Below, piece after piece: positions 19,312-26,973 of a stretch of DNA of 64,000 nucleotides. The position numbers and the translations under genes are program-made. This stretch comes from an uncultured virus (IMG/VR IMGVR_UViG_3300028925_010764) (Duplodnaviria; Heunggongvirae; Uroviricota; Caudoviricetes). The DNA lies in the IMG/VR virus record IMGVR_UViG_3300028925_010764; one strand, written 5' to 3'. A model generated the notes under the pieces. It saw nothing but the letters and a program-made list of their open reading frames with translations. It had not been told where the DNA came from and did not search any database. Position 1 is the first letter of the stretch. The number at the start of each line of letters is the position of its first letter.

Positions 19312-19752
19312 TTAAACCTCGCGATAGAATCTGTGTCGCCTGATCGTGGTTTTGTATTCCATACCCCGCGCCCAATAAGGAGCCCTCGGGAGCATTTCAG
19401 GGGCATAGTAGTGTGTTGCCCCCTTGGTGACAGGCCAACGCCACTCCTCGACGCCGTGGGACGCCACATGCAGCGCGTAGAGCCAAGCTGACGACTTGGA
19501 CGCATCCCGTACTGCCCTCGAAACTCCGACCGACATTGAGGAGAACTGCTTACGCCTCACGACTTCCTGATAGGGGGTTCGACCAGAGATCTTGCAACGG
19601 TTGACGATCACATCCATCACCGCTGTCATCCCCTCCCTCCCGTCGATACCAGCTTCCCGGACCAGGCACGCCGCAACCGCACTGCGCCGCCAGTCCGATG
19701 CCGTTGCTGACATGGCCGCAGCGAGGAGGAGGATAAGGAGGAGGATTTTCAT
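19312..19752 (-). CDS. Cell-wall hydrolase (SleB/Hydrolase_2 family), probable endolysin with signal peptide
   Basis: MKILLLILLLAAAMSA signal; REA....GM.AV..VIVNR, KQFS, GATHYY, PYWA and HRFY motifs. Confidence 0.85.
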   Translation of the reverse strand: MKILLLILLLAAAMSATASDWRRSAVAACLVREAGIDGREGMTAVMDVIVNRCKISGRTPYQEVVRRKQFSSMSVGVSRAVRDASKSSAWLYALHVASHGVEEWRWPVTKGATHYYAPEMLPRAPYWARGMEYKTTIRRHRFYREV

Positions 19753-19963
19753 TCTTTGCTGCGTATGAGATGTTCCACGATCCAACAGGCCCGCAACCAG
19801 CACCCGAACTCGCGCGCGGTCGCGGCCCGACCGCGTCCAAGGGACGCGCCGGCCGGCCCGCCGATCAAACCCTACACACGCTGGAACAATGCCCAGCCCG
19901 GCATACTTTATGTCAAGTAGGTTCGTCATCATCGTGCCCAACATTCGATTTTTTTTCAACCCG

Positions 19964-20146
19964 TCACTCTGGTATCCGTATCAGTCTCCATTTGCACTCA
20001 GGCAGAAGGAGCTCCAGATCTTGGAACCCCATTTCAGTCATCTGCTTCGATATGAAGGTTTGTTCCTTTTCAACCACCCGGAGGTCTATTGACACCTCCA
20101 GGCCCTTGATCAACTCTCTGAGCTGCTGCTTCTCTTCTTCATTCAT
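19964..20146 (-). CDS. Hypothetical protein (60 aa)
   Basis: Plausible composition; first gene of the leftward operon. Confidence 0.45.
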   Translation of the reverse strand: MNEEEKQQLRELIKGLEVSIDLRVVEKEQTFISKQMTEMGFQDLELLLPECKWRLIRIPE

Positions 20147-20528
20147 AATTCAAGGGTTCGATCCACTTCCGGATGCAAAGGCTCCCAAATCACGGCCTTA
20201 TACCCCCTTTCCTTACCGTATGCGGATCGAAGAGTCAATCGCTTTCTCTCAAACCCCTCTGTGACCCCTTCAGGATTTAAATGATCCAGAAACACAACCA
20301 GGCTATTCCATCCTCACTGGAGAGTAGAGACGAGAGCCCTCTTCTTGATATGGCACGGACGCGCGCAAACCCCGGATAGCCCCCTTGACCCAAGTCAACC
20401 CGGTCAGCTTTCACGCTTAAGGTGACCGCGCAACCTGTAACACTATGCGACCAAGGGTGATAGGACATCGAAGCGTTGTCCTTGCCATTGAAACGAAAAC
20501 AAAACTGCAGAACAAAGAAGATCGACAT

Positions 20529-21194
20529 ATGAAAAACAAAAGCATCATTGGAGCCGCCCACCTTAAGGCTCTCACCGACGGAACGAAGGCCGCCATCAAA
20601 GCGGACTCCACCGTTAAGGATACCCTAATGGCAATCACCGCCGAACTCGGTATCTTCGAGAGGTTGAAAGATCCCTCGACCGGTGAGTTCCCGGTGGTGG
20701 TGGAAAAGGATGTGACCGTCAACCTTGAAGGAACCCCGTGGGTTAACTTCATGCCGCGACAGTCCACCACAACCACCGCTACGAAGGCGACGCCCGCCGT
20801 GACTACGAAGGATGCGACCAACGCGCCGTGCGTTGTGTCGGAATACTTCAAGGTTCCGAAGGGGTCGGAGCATTTCGATTGGCTGACGACAGTCAGGCAC
20901 GAAATGATTCAGGCGATTCACGCCGGGGGCAAGGCGCTAGACGTCGCCTCTCGTGAAATCAAGGCGGCATGGCGTAGCATGGGGGTTGACCTCGTGCTGC
21001 AAGCGAATGCGACGGCGCCGGCGACGGGGTTGGCGTCGATAACAGACGCGACGACGCGGACGATGATGGAGGGTATCCTCCTTCAAATCCGCAACATCGC
21101 GGGAACAGGGTCTAAAATCAAGGTGGCCGCCAAGTTGGCGCGGCTCATCACCGTGGAACTGATGGAGCAGAGCAAGGCGGCGGGAGAGAAATAA
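20529..21194 (+). CDS. Hypothetical protein, first gene of the early-like region
   Basis: ATG at 20529 after an A-rich leader. Confidence 0.7.
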   Translation: MKNKSIIGAAHLKALTDGTKAAIKADSTVKDTLMAITAELGIFERLKDPSTGEFPVVVEKDVTVNLEGTPWVNFMPRQSTTTTATKATPAVTTKDATNAPCVVSEYFKVPKGSEHFDWLTTVRHEMIQAIHAGGKALDVASREIKAAWRSMGVDLVLQANATAPATGLASITDATTRTMMEGILLQIRNIAGTGSKIKVAAKLARLITVELMEQSKAAGEK

Positions 21195-21200
21195 AATCGA

Positions 21201-21252
21201 ATGTCGGGTTTTCAGCCTGTCGCCAAGGGGCGGCAGGCTGATGACCGGGCAT
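21201..21252 (+). other. Long imperfect hairpin (RNase III-site-like)
   Basis: TCAGCCTGTCGCC-AAGG-GGCGGCAGGCTGA upper stem plus a lower stem; no U-tract. Confidence 0.6.
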
Positions 21253-21294
21253 CACAAGGCTCGGGACGGTGAACACTCAATGGAAAGGACAAAG

Positions 21295-21489
21295 ATGGCT
21301 GATAGACAGTATTGGACAGGATTCGGCAGCAACTCCACGTTTGGGTGGGGGCTGAGTTGGTTCGCGACGGAGGCAGAGGCGTTGGCTTATGCCTTGAGCG
21401 GCAAGGGCGGCGATCTTGGCGATGGCGTCTACGTCGTCGCTGAGCGGACGGTGAAGGTTGAGCGACTGACTGGCGAGGTGGAAGCATGA
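21295..21489 (+). CDS. Hypothetical protein (64 aa)
   Basis: AAGGA SD before the ATG at 21295. Confidence 0.6.
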   Translation: MADRQYWTGFGSNSTFGWGLSWFATEAEALAYALSGKGGDLGDGVYVVAERTVKVERLTGEVEA

Positions 21490-21611
21490 TCGTCGAGGTG
21501 ATGGCGCTGGTAGCGCTGGTCGGGGCTGCCTTCACTGGCGGCTGGATCATCGGCATCAAGACAGAGCGGGCCGCGGTGGCGCGGTTCGACTCGACACCAA
21601 CGGAACTGTGA
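21486..21611 (+). CDS. Small membrane peptide (41 aa)
   Basis: Hand translation MIVEVMALVALVGAAFTGGWIIGIKTERAAVARFDSTPTEL; GAGGTGG SD and ATGA overlap. Confidence 0.55.
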   Translation: MIVEVMALVALVGAAFTGGWIIGIKTERAAVARFDSTPTEL

Positions 21612-21626
21612 TGGGAATGGGCGGGT

Positions 21627-21709
21627 CACCCGATTCAATCGGGTGTCCCTCCCTCTCCGGCCACAACGGAGCCGGGTAACAACGAACAGGAAGCAGAAGG
21701 ACCAACATG
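21627..21709 (+). repeat. Intergenic module copy 1 (GATT-N-AATC palindrome, CCGGC hairpin, CAA-rich leader)
   Basis: CACCCGATTCAATCGGGTG followed by CCGGCCACAACGGAGCCGGG-TAACAACGAACAG; near-identical to 22005-22084. Confidence 0.8.
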
Positions 21710-21982
21710 CAAGAGAAGCTGAAAGACTTCAGGAGTCATGGCATCAACCACCAGCCAAAGGCGTATCGGACACGCTGGCACCAACGGCGTGAGGCCAGGG
21801 TGGGTGATGTCAAGATGGACATCGAGACGGAGATCAATGAGTTGAGTGATGGCCGGTGGCTGCCGCTACACCACGTTGATCCCAACCCGAAGGCGCATGA
21901 GCTGATCGCGGCAATCGTCATCAACCATGCGGTGATCAAGCTGGTGTACGACGACGGCGCCTTTGACATCATTCGTGGTTGA
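21707..21982 (+). CDS. Hypothetical protein (91 aa)
   Basis: AAGGACCAAC-ATG initiation site. Confidence 0.7.
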   Translation: MQEKLKDFRSHGINHQPKAYRTRWHQRREARVGDVKMDIETEINELSDGRWLPLHHVDPNPKAHELIAAIVINHAVIKLVYDDGAFDIIRG

Positions 21983-22004
21983 GTGATCGGATCGGAGCGG
22001 GGAC

Positions 22005-22084
22005 TGGATTTAATCCACTGTCCCCTCTCCCACCCGGCCACAACGGAGCCGGGGTAACAACGAACAGAAAGGCAGACTAACATG
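22005..22084 (+). repeat. Intergenic module copy 2
   Basis: TGGATTTAATCCA followed by CCGGCCACAACGGAGCCGGGG-TAACAACGAACAG. Confidence 0.8.
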
Positions 22085-22294
22085 ACAGTAATGACAGCAG
22101 CGCCAGTGATCACAACTCAAACAAGTGTGATCGAAGGCGTAGAAATGACGGAGACGCACAGCAATGGCGACTTGGTGGCGTTCTCGCTCCAATCCTTGCC
22201 GACTGTGGGGGATGTGATGAAGCAGCGGGATAAGCCGTGCTTCTGCGACATCTGCGAGGAGCGGGAGTGGAACCGCGAGGCGGTGGCGTCGTGA
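22082..22294 (+). CDS. Hypothetical protein (70 aa, CxCxxC)
   Basis: Follows the repeated leader; GTGA coupling to the next gene. Confidence 0.6.
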   Translation: MTVMTAAPVITTQTSVIEGVEMTETHSNGDLVAFSLQSLPTVGDVMKQRDKPCFCDICEEREWNREAVAS

Positions 22295-22518
22295 GTGATC
22301 ACGACGCCGAGGTGATCGACCTGTCGTGGATGACCGAGGCGCAAGCCAAGGCGTTCAAGGACAACGTGAAGGATCGGTGGAAGCACGTCGGTCGTGTTCG
22401 CCGTGACGGCTACGCCGCAGCGTTGATGTGGGTCAGCCAGATCGACCCGCCCGATGAGGACGGCGCGAGGGGCCGAATGATGCTCGGCATCGAGACGGAT
22501 GGATACACTCACTCGTAA
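22291..22518 (+). CDS. Hypothetical protein (75 aa)
   Basis: GTG start at 22291 with GAGGCGG SD; ends LGIETDGYTHS. Confidence 0.65.
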   Translation: MSDHDAEVIDLSWMTEAQAKAFKDNVKDRWKHVGRVRRDGYAAALMWVSQIDPPDEDGARGRMMLGIETDGYTHS

Positions 22519-22521
22519 GTA

Positions 22522-23360
22522 GTGAGCAGAGCGTGGGCAATGGGACAATCGTCCCATTGCCCTAGCTCTGTTCATCACGGGATGGATAGACGGAGCCAAT
22601 GGCGATTGGTTCTGTGTACAGGGGCGTTGCCCCGGTGAAGTGTGTGACGCGACTGGCTCAGTGGTGGGCCAGCTCGATTGACGTAAAGGACCCGGTTGAA
22701 CCGGATGCCTTTGGGAATAGTCCTCATGCGCGGATGAGCGGCCTGAATATGTGAGCCCACAATCACGATGTTCCACATGGAACATCTCGCCCACGGGTGG
22801 CGGCAGTGACCGGCGCGGCAGATCTGGATGGTGACCGACCATCCGGGCGGGGTATTGTACGAAAACCCTAGCAATCAGAGTATGCGCGAATGTGAAAAGA
22901 AACTCCGAACGGTTCCTATACCGTGATGCGAAGACTGTCCGCTCTGTGAGTGGAGCGGCAGTCTGGACGGGATGGCCACTGGATGTGCTGGCGGGGCAGA
23001 AGCCTGATGCAGCAGACAAACCATGTGGGCCAGTCAATGGGTACGGCGCCCGAGGCCGCGGCGACTGGATGGAGCGAGCACGTCTCCCTGTTTGGCGAGT
23101 GTCCAAGAAGGAACTAAATGCACGAGGGGCCAGATCGCCTCCCGGGTTCGACTCCCGTAATACTCGTGTGACGCACCAGCCTGATCCGGCTAAGAGTCAG
23201 ACAACAGAGGTTGTCCGGATGAGGATAACTGACATGGTGTGGAGATGGTGATCGCAGATGTCCCGGTCGATAGCGACCCGGCCGATGCGGAAGACCATTG
23301 GAATTGGAACGCGATAGGCCCAGACTGTGCCCTGATCCAACCAGAGATCAGGGCTTTTTT
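22522..23360 (+). ncRNA. Candidate large structured non-coding RNA (~780-840 nt)
   Basis: No credible gene in an otherwise gene-dense operon; more than a dozen hairpins, many with G-U pairs on the + strand; T-loop CGGG-TTCGACT-CCCG; ends in an intrinsic terminator. Confidence 0.65.
23329..23360 (+). terminator. Rho-independent terminator
   Basis: GCCCTGATC-CAACCAGA-GATCAGGGC-TTTTTT. Confidence 0.85.
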
Positions 23361-23760
23361 CATGCAGTGAACAGACCACCCGATTTAATCAGGTGTCGTC
23401 AGTCTGGAAAACTCGACCAAGCAAGATCAAAGCACCGGTCAAGCCGACCCCACCCGTGAATCAGATGCCGGCTACTAGCCGTGACGGATGACACCGCATC
23501 AGACCCCGGGCTTACAACCCGAGGGCGGTGACGTAGAGTGGAAAGGCGTAACCCCGTGATGTCTGCCTAATAAGCAGGCCGCTGCCCCTTCAAACAAGTC
23601 GAGGCTGGGATCCTCACTCAACTGTTCCAATTGTAAACGAACTCACGCCCCCTGCGGTATGTCCCGCGGGCCAGGCACAACAAGAACCCCACACCACTCG
23701 TGGATACACTCAGGCCATTTGCTGCTGATCTGCGGCAAGTGGCTTGAACTGTGCCCATAT
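23361..23760 (+). ncRNA. Second structured non-coding module (~400 nt)
   Basis: No ORF of 60 aa or more; stems at 23464-23500, 23504-23525, 23561-23579, 23651-23670 and 23701-23757. Confidence 0.4.
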
Positions 23761-23802
23761 CATGGACACTGAAACAGAAACCTAAACAACAAGGACATCA
23801 TC

Positions 23803-23982
23803 ATGTTTGGAAATAAGAAAGACGAAGCGCCTGCGAAAGTGGTGCGCGAACCCCGCAACTACAACCGAGGCAACGGCAACAGCCTGCGTGGCCTGCGCCG
23901 GGGGCTGGACCCCTACGCCATGGGCCGGGCCGGAGCCGTGGCCATGCAGCGCAAGCAACAGCACGAGAAGGAGGGGCTCTGA
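23803..23982 (+). CDS. Small basic protein (59 aa)
   Basis: Missed by the ORF track. AAGGA SD; MFGNKKDEAPAKVVREPRNYNRGNG...HEKEGL; TGATG coupling to the next gene. Confidence 0.65.
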   Translation: MFGNKKDEAPAKVVREPRNYNRGNGNSLRGLRRGLDPYAMGRAGAVAMQRKQQHEKEGL

Positions 23983-24551
23983 TGGGGAACCCGTTCTTCA
24001 AGATCTCTGGCTACAAGGAGTACGAGGCCATGGAGTCCATGGCTTATCGGTTCAAGCTGTTCTGGAAGAACGGCGACCGATGGGACTTCATCATGCACGT
24101 CGAAGAGTCGGGCCATGGTGGGCCGATGGACTTCCTCGACGAGATAGGTCGGAACATCATCCACCGCGAGATGTCCGACGAGACGGAGTGGACGTCGAAC
24201 GCCGGCCGCTCGTTCGAGAAGTGGCGCCAGACCCTGCCGGTCGAGGAGCGTGACTATGGCCTGCCTCCTGCGCGCGTCGGGCTGCCTGAGATCGCTGGAA
24301 ATATGGCCACGAGCCTGGCCCAGCGGAAGGAGCAGTTCAAGTGGATCAGGTCAAGTGTGGTGTTCTCCCTGCCGAGTGACGATCCCGGCGCCTTTCGGAC
24401 GTTCAAGGGCAAGTGGGAAGGCAACCTGATCGAGCACGTCAACAGGAAGTATCCCGACGCCACCGTGCTGAACCAGATCCACATCGGCCGCAAGCCTTCC
24501 GAGTTCTACTGGTCGGAGTGCTGCCCCTACAAAGACGAGGTGGAAGCATGA
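23982..24551 (+). CDS. Hypothetical protein (189 aa)
   Basis: AAGGAGG SD; translationally coupled. Confidence 0.75.
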   Translation: MGNPFFKISGYKEYEAMESMAYRFKLFWKNGDRWDFIMHVEESGHGGPMDFLDEIGRNIIHREMSDETEWTSNAGRSFEKWRQTLPVEERDYGLPPARVGLPEIAGNMATSLAQRKEQFKWIRSSVVFSLPSDDPGAFRTFKGKWEGNLIEHVNRKYPDATVLNQIHIGRKPSEFYWSECCPYKDEVEA

Positions 24552-24586
24552 CGCACGAGAAGGAGGCATGATTAACAAGTGACATC

Positions 24587-24635
24587 CTCCCTGCCCATCA
24601 TGGCCGTCATGGTGGGCAGCAGGGAGTTCGCTCCC
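24587..24635 (+). repeat. Long hairpin plus UUCG hairpin, copy A
   Basis: CTGCCCATCATG...CATGGTGGGCAG then GGGAG-TTCG-CTCCC; homologous to 25245-25295. Confidence 0.75.
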
Positions 24636-24680
24636 GACAGTCAACAGGCTGTCGTTATTCAGAAAATAAGGACCAACATT

Positions 24681-25235
24681 ATGTTAGAAGCAATTAAAGA
24701 CATGGCCATCGACGGCACGAAGCGTCTCACCTCAGACAACAAGAAGGCTCTCAGCGCACAGATTGAGAATGTCTTCAGGGAGGGACGTGTCATCGGCAAT
24801 GAGCGGCGTGACCACGCGAAGCGCGATGCTGTCTCTGACTACAAGAAGGCGCTTGGGATGCAGACCAAGATCGACGATATGAATGCGCTCGAGTCTCGCC
24901 GGAAGGCCATCGAGGCAGAGATCGAGGAGTTGGGGTTCTCTGTGATCGAGAGCGGCGGCTCGCACGTCGTGAACTCGGACGGCCGTTACGGCACCACGAG
25001 CCTCCACCTCCGCAAGAAACCGACGCAGGCTCAGGCCCGCGCTCACGCCAAGCTGGTGAAGGTCATCAACTCTGTCGTGGAGTTTGGCGACCAAGAGAAG
25101 GCGAAGTGCCTCGTTCGGATGCAGTTAGCTGAGACTCGCGCCGAAGGCTGCGTCATCATGCGGGAATTGCTCGGCAACGGCACACTGCCCGACATGAGCG
25201 ACCAGCTCCCTGCCCTGCCTGCTCCCCGCAGCTAA
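24681..25235 (+). CDS. Hypothetical coiled-coil protein
   Basis: AAGGACCAAC motif before the ATG at 24681. Confidence 0.75.
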   Translation: MLEAIKDMAIDGTKRLTSDNKKALSAQIENVFREGRVIGNERRDHAKRDAVSDYKKALGMQTKIDDMNALESRRKAIEAEIEELGFSVIESGGSHVVNSDGRYGTTSLHLRKKPTQAQARAHAKLVKVINSVVEFGDQEKAKCLVRMQLAETRAEGCVIMRELLGNGTLPDMSDQLPALPAPRS

Positions 25236-25244
25236 GGCAGCGAC

Positions 25245-25318
25245 CTCCCTCTGCCCATCAGGCGCGTGCCTGGTGGGCGGAATGGAGTTCGCTCCTCGAC
25301 CGTGACTTTAAGTCACGG
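25245..25318 (+). repeat. Long hairpin plus UUCG hairpin, copy B, followed by a variant palindrome
   Basis: TCTGCCCATCAGGC...GCCTGGTGGGCGGA, GGAG-TTCG-CTCC, CCGTGACTTTAAGTCACGG. Confidence 0.75.
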
Positions 25319-25350
25319 CCGGTAACAACAACAACGAACAGAAAGACACC

Positions 25351-25656
25351 ATGGAAGAACATGAATTGAATGCTGTGCTATCGAAGCACGGCGTCGACAA
25401 GAAGCTGATCGATCTGAGTGGATCGTATGAGCAGCGCCCCGACATCCCAGTCGAGGCGTCCAGAGCCATCATGGCCTACGTGGCCTCGCACCAGATGGAG
25501 CGGGACCATGTGAAGCGCAACGTGCTCCATTGGCAGGAGCGCAACGAGGTGAGGATGCGCGCCAAGCTGAGCCGGGCCGCGACGGAACAGCAGATGAACC
25601 AGAGCCCCTTCGGCCACATCGCCTTCACGCAGGCGGGGGAGTTGGTGATCCGATGA
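25351..25656 (+). CDS. Hypothetical protein
   Basis: CAA-rich leader; coupled to the next gene. Confidence 0.7.
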   Translation: MEEHELNAVLSKHGVDKKLIDLSGSYEQRPDIPVEASRAIMAYVASHQMERDHVKRNVLHWQERNEVRMRAKLSRAATEQQMNQSPFGHIAFTQAGELVIR

Positions 25657-25937
25657 GGTCACACTTCACAATCCATGAAGACCCCGGCCATGGCTGGTGC
25701 GAGGTGACACGCGACGAGGTCAATGAGCTGGGCATCGGCCCGAATATCACGAGCTTCTCCTACCAGTCGCGGGACGGTGAGACGTGCTACTTGGAGGAGG
25801 ACTGCGACTTCTCCGCGCTACATGCTGCGCTGAAGAAGCGAGGCATCGAGATGACGTGGGATCACGTCCACACCGACAACGAGCACTGGATCCGCGGCCT
25901 CCGCTCCTTCCAGCACAGAGAGGCGGTGGCGCGATGA
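25653..25937 (+). CDS. Conserved phage protein (DPGHGW...YLEEDCD family)
   Basis: HEDPGHGWCEV...SFSY...YLEEDCD, a motif I recall from uncharacterised phage early-region proteins. Confidence 0.7.
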   Translation: MRSHFTIHEDPGHGWCEVTRDEVNELGIGPNITSFSYQSRDGETCYLEEDCDFSALHAALKKRGIEMTWDHVHTDNEHWIRGLRSFQHREAVAR

Positions 25938-26263
25938 GCCACAACCACATGATGGACGTTGCATTCACTGTTATCAGCGATGAAAGCGATCCAGACAAGC
26001 TCACGGAGGCTGCCTTGATTGATGGCATGGAGCGCAGGCTTCAAGACCTCAAGAAGATGCCACCCGGCGAGGCATTGGAGGCGTTCGGTCACTGTGACGG
26101 ACAAGGGATGCCGATGATTGAGCGCTGCCGCGAATCCATCGCGAGGTGGCAATGCCGTCTCTGCTTGGAGATGGTCAACGTCAGGTCGTCTGACCACAGC
26201 TGCCCCACTGAAAAGCTGATGCAGGCTGCCCGTGGCGACTACGAAGAGGCGGTGGAGTCATGA
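25934..26263 (+). CDS. Hypothetical protein
   Basis: GAGGCGG SD and ATGA coupling; ATG at 25934. Confidence 0.65.
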   Translation: MSHNHMMDVAFTVISDESDPDKLTEAALIDGMERRLQDLKKMPPGEALEAFGHCDGQGMPMIERCRESIARWQCRLCLEMVNVRSSDHSCPTEKLMQAARGDYEEAVES

Positions 26264-26553
26264 GTGTGAACATCCGTTACACCGTTCCGATCACGACTCA
26301 CGATGACTTCGCGTTGCTTCAAACCCTGCTCGAATCGCAGGGCAAGGGGTTCCACTGCGAGGACAACGCCAACGATGTGGAGCATCTAGTTTACACCCAT
26401 CATCGCCGGGTGTTCACACCGGACGAGGCCATGCACCTGAACCAGCGAATGTGGGAAGCATACCAGCTTGACTGGTTTGAACACCCCGATGGTTGCCCTT
26501 GTGGCATGGCGATGCGGATCAATGGAATCGGACAGGAGGTGCCTGATGTCTAA
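26260..26553 (+). CDS. Hypothetical protein
   Basis: Coupled ORF containing FHCEDNA..V. Confidence 0.65.
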   Translation: MSVNIRYTVPITTHDDFALLQTLLESQGKGFHCEDNANDVEHLVYTHHRRVFTPDEAMHLNQRMWEAYQLDWFEHPDGCPCGMAMRINGIGQEVPDV

Positions 26554-26896
26554 GTCAGTCATACTCCTTCAGCATCACAGGCTCTGGGCCCTCACGAGGG
26601 CAGAGCTTCGCGACCTCGCCCGGCGCCATAGCGTCAAGCGGGGTCGGAACAAGCAGGACACCATCGACAACCTGATGGACAGCGGGATTGTCCAGCAGGA
26701 TCCCACCATCTGGATCGCAAGCTACGAAGGTGGGAGGTTCAGGTGGGTCGGCTACGGCCACGATGAGGAGGAGGCTATCGCTCTGCTTCTCCTGACGATC
26801 AAGGCATGGAACTCTGTGCCTAGTGAGTTCGCGACGGAGATCGAAGACGAAATGCACACTCAGGAGGTGTTCATTCCATCGGGGGACAGGCTATGA
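26546..26896 (+). CDS. Protein with an N-terminal Rho-N/SAP-like helix-extension-helix
   Basis: LTRAELRDLARRHSVKRGRNKQDTIDNL; GGAGG SD. Confidence 0.55.
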   Translation: MSKSVILLQHHRLWALTRAELRDLARRHSVKRGRNKQDTIDNLMDSGIVQQDPTIWIASYEGGRFRWVGYGHDEEEAIALLLLTIKAWNSVPSEFATEIEDEMHTQEVFIPSGDRL

Positions 26897-26973
26897 CTGC
26901 TGCCCGAGCGACGGAGATCAAGTGTGAACATCATCCGAAAGGAATCAAACATGAACAAAAGAAAGGACCAACA

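Noticed and set aside
21236..21280. Hammerhead ribozyme (CTGATGA core)
   Set aside because: No matching GAAA and three-stem junction; the sequence is part of a simple long hairpin.
21575..21600. GGTTCGACTCGACACCA resembling a tRNA 3' end
   Set aside because: No T-stem pairing, and it lies inside the 41-aa ORF.
22878..22916. Group II intron domain V-like sequence (GAGTATGCG...ACGGTTC)
   Set aside because: The catalytic triad and stem pairing do not fit; no RT/maturase ORF and no interrupted gene.
23095..23169. Canonical tRNA or tmRNA gene
   Set aside because: A T-loop is present, but there is no D-arm consensus, 7-nt anticodon loop, CCA end or tmRNA 5' signature.
22117..23251. ORFs 22117-23106 (-), 22575-22874 (-) and 22892-23251 (+) over the candidate RNA
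   Set aside because: No SD or shared leader motif, R/P/G/S-rich composition, and two are antisense to the operon; best explained as chance ORFs in GC-rich DNA.
21201..25341. CRISPR array or integron attC cassette array
   Set aside because: Repeats are few, irregularly spaced and separated by whole genes; no cas genes; no RYYYAAC...GTTRRRY attC ends; no evident IntI-specific insertion in the recombinase.
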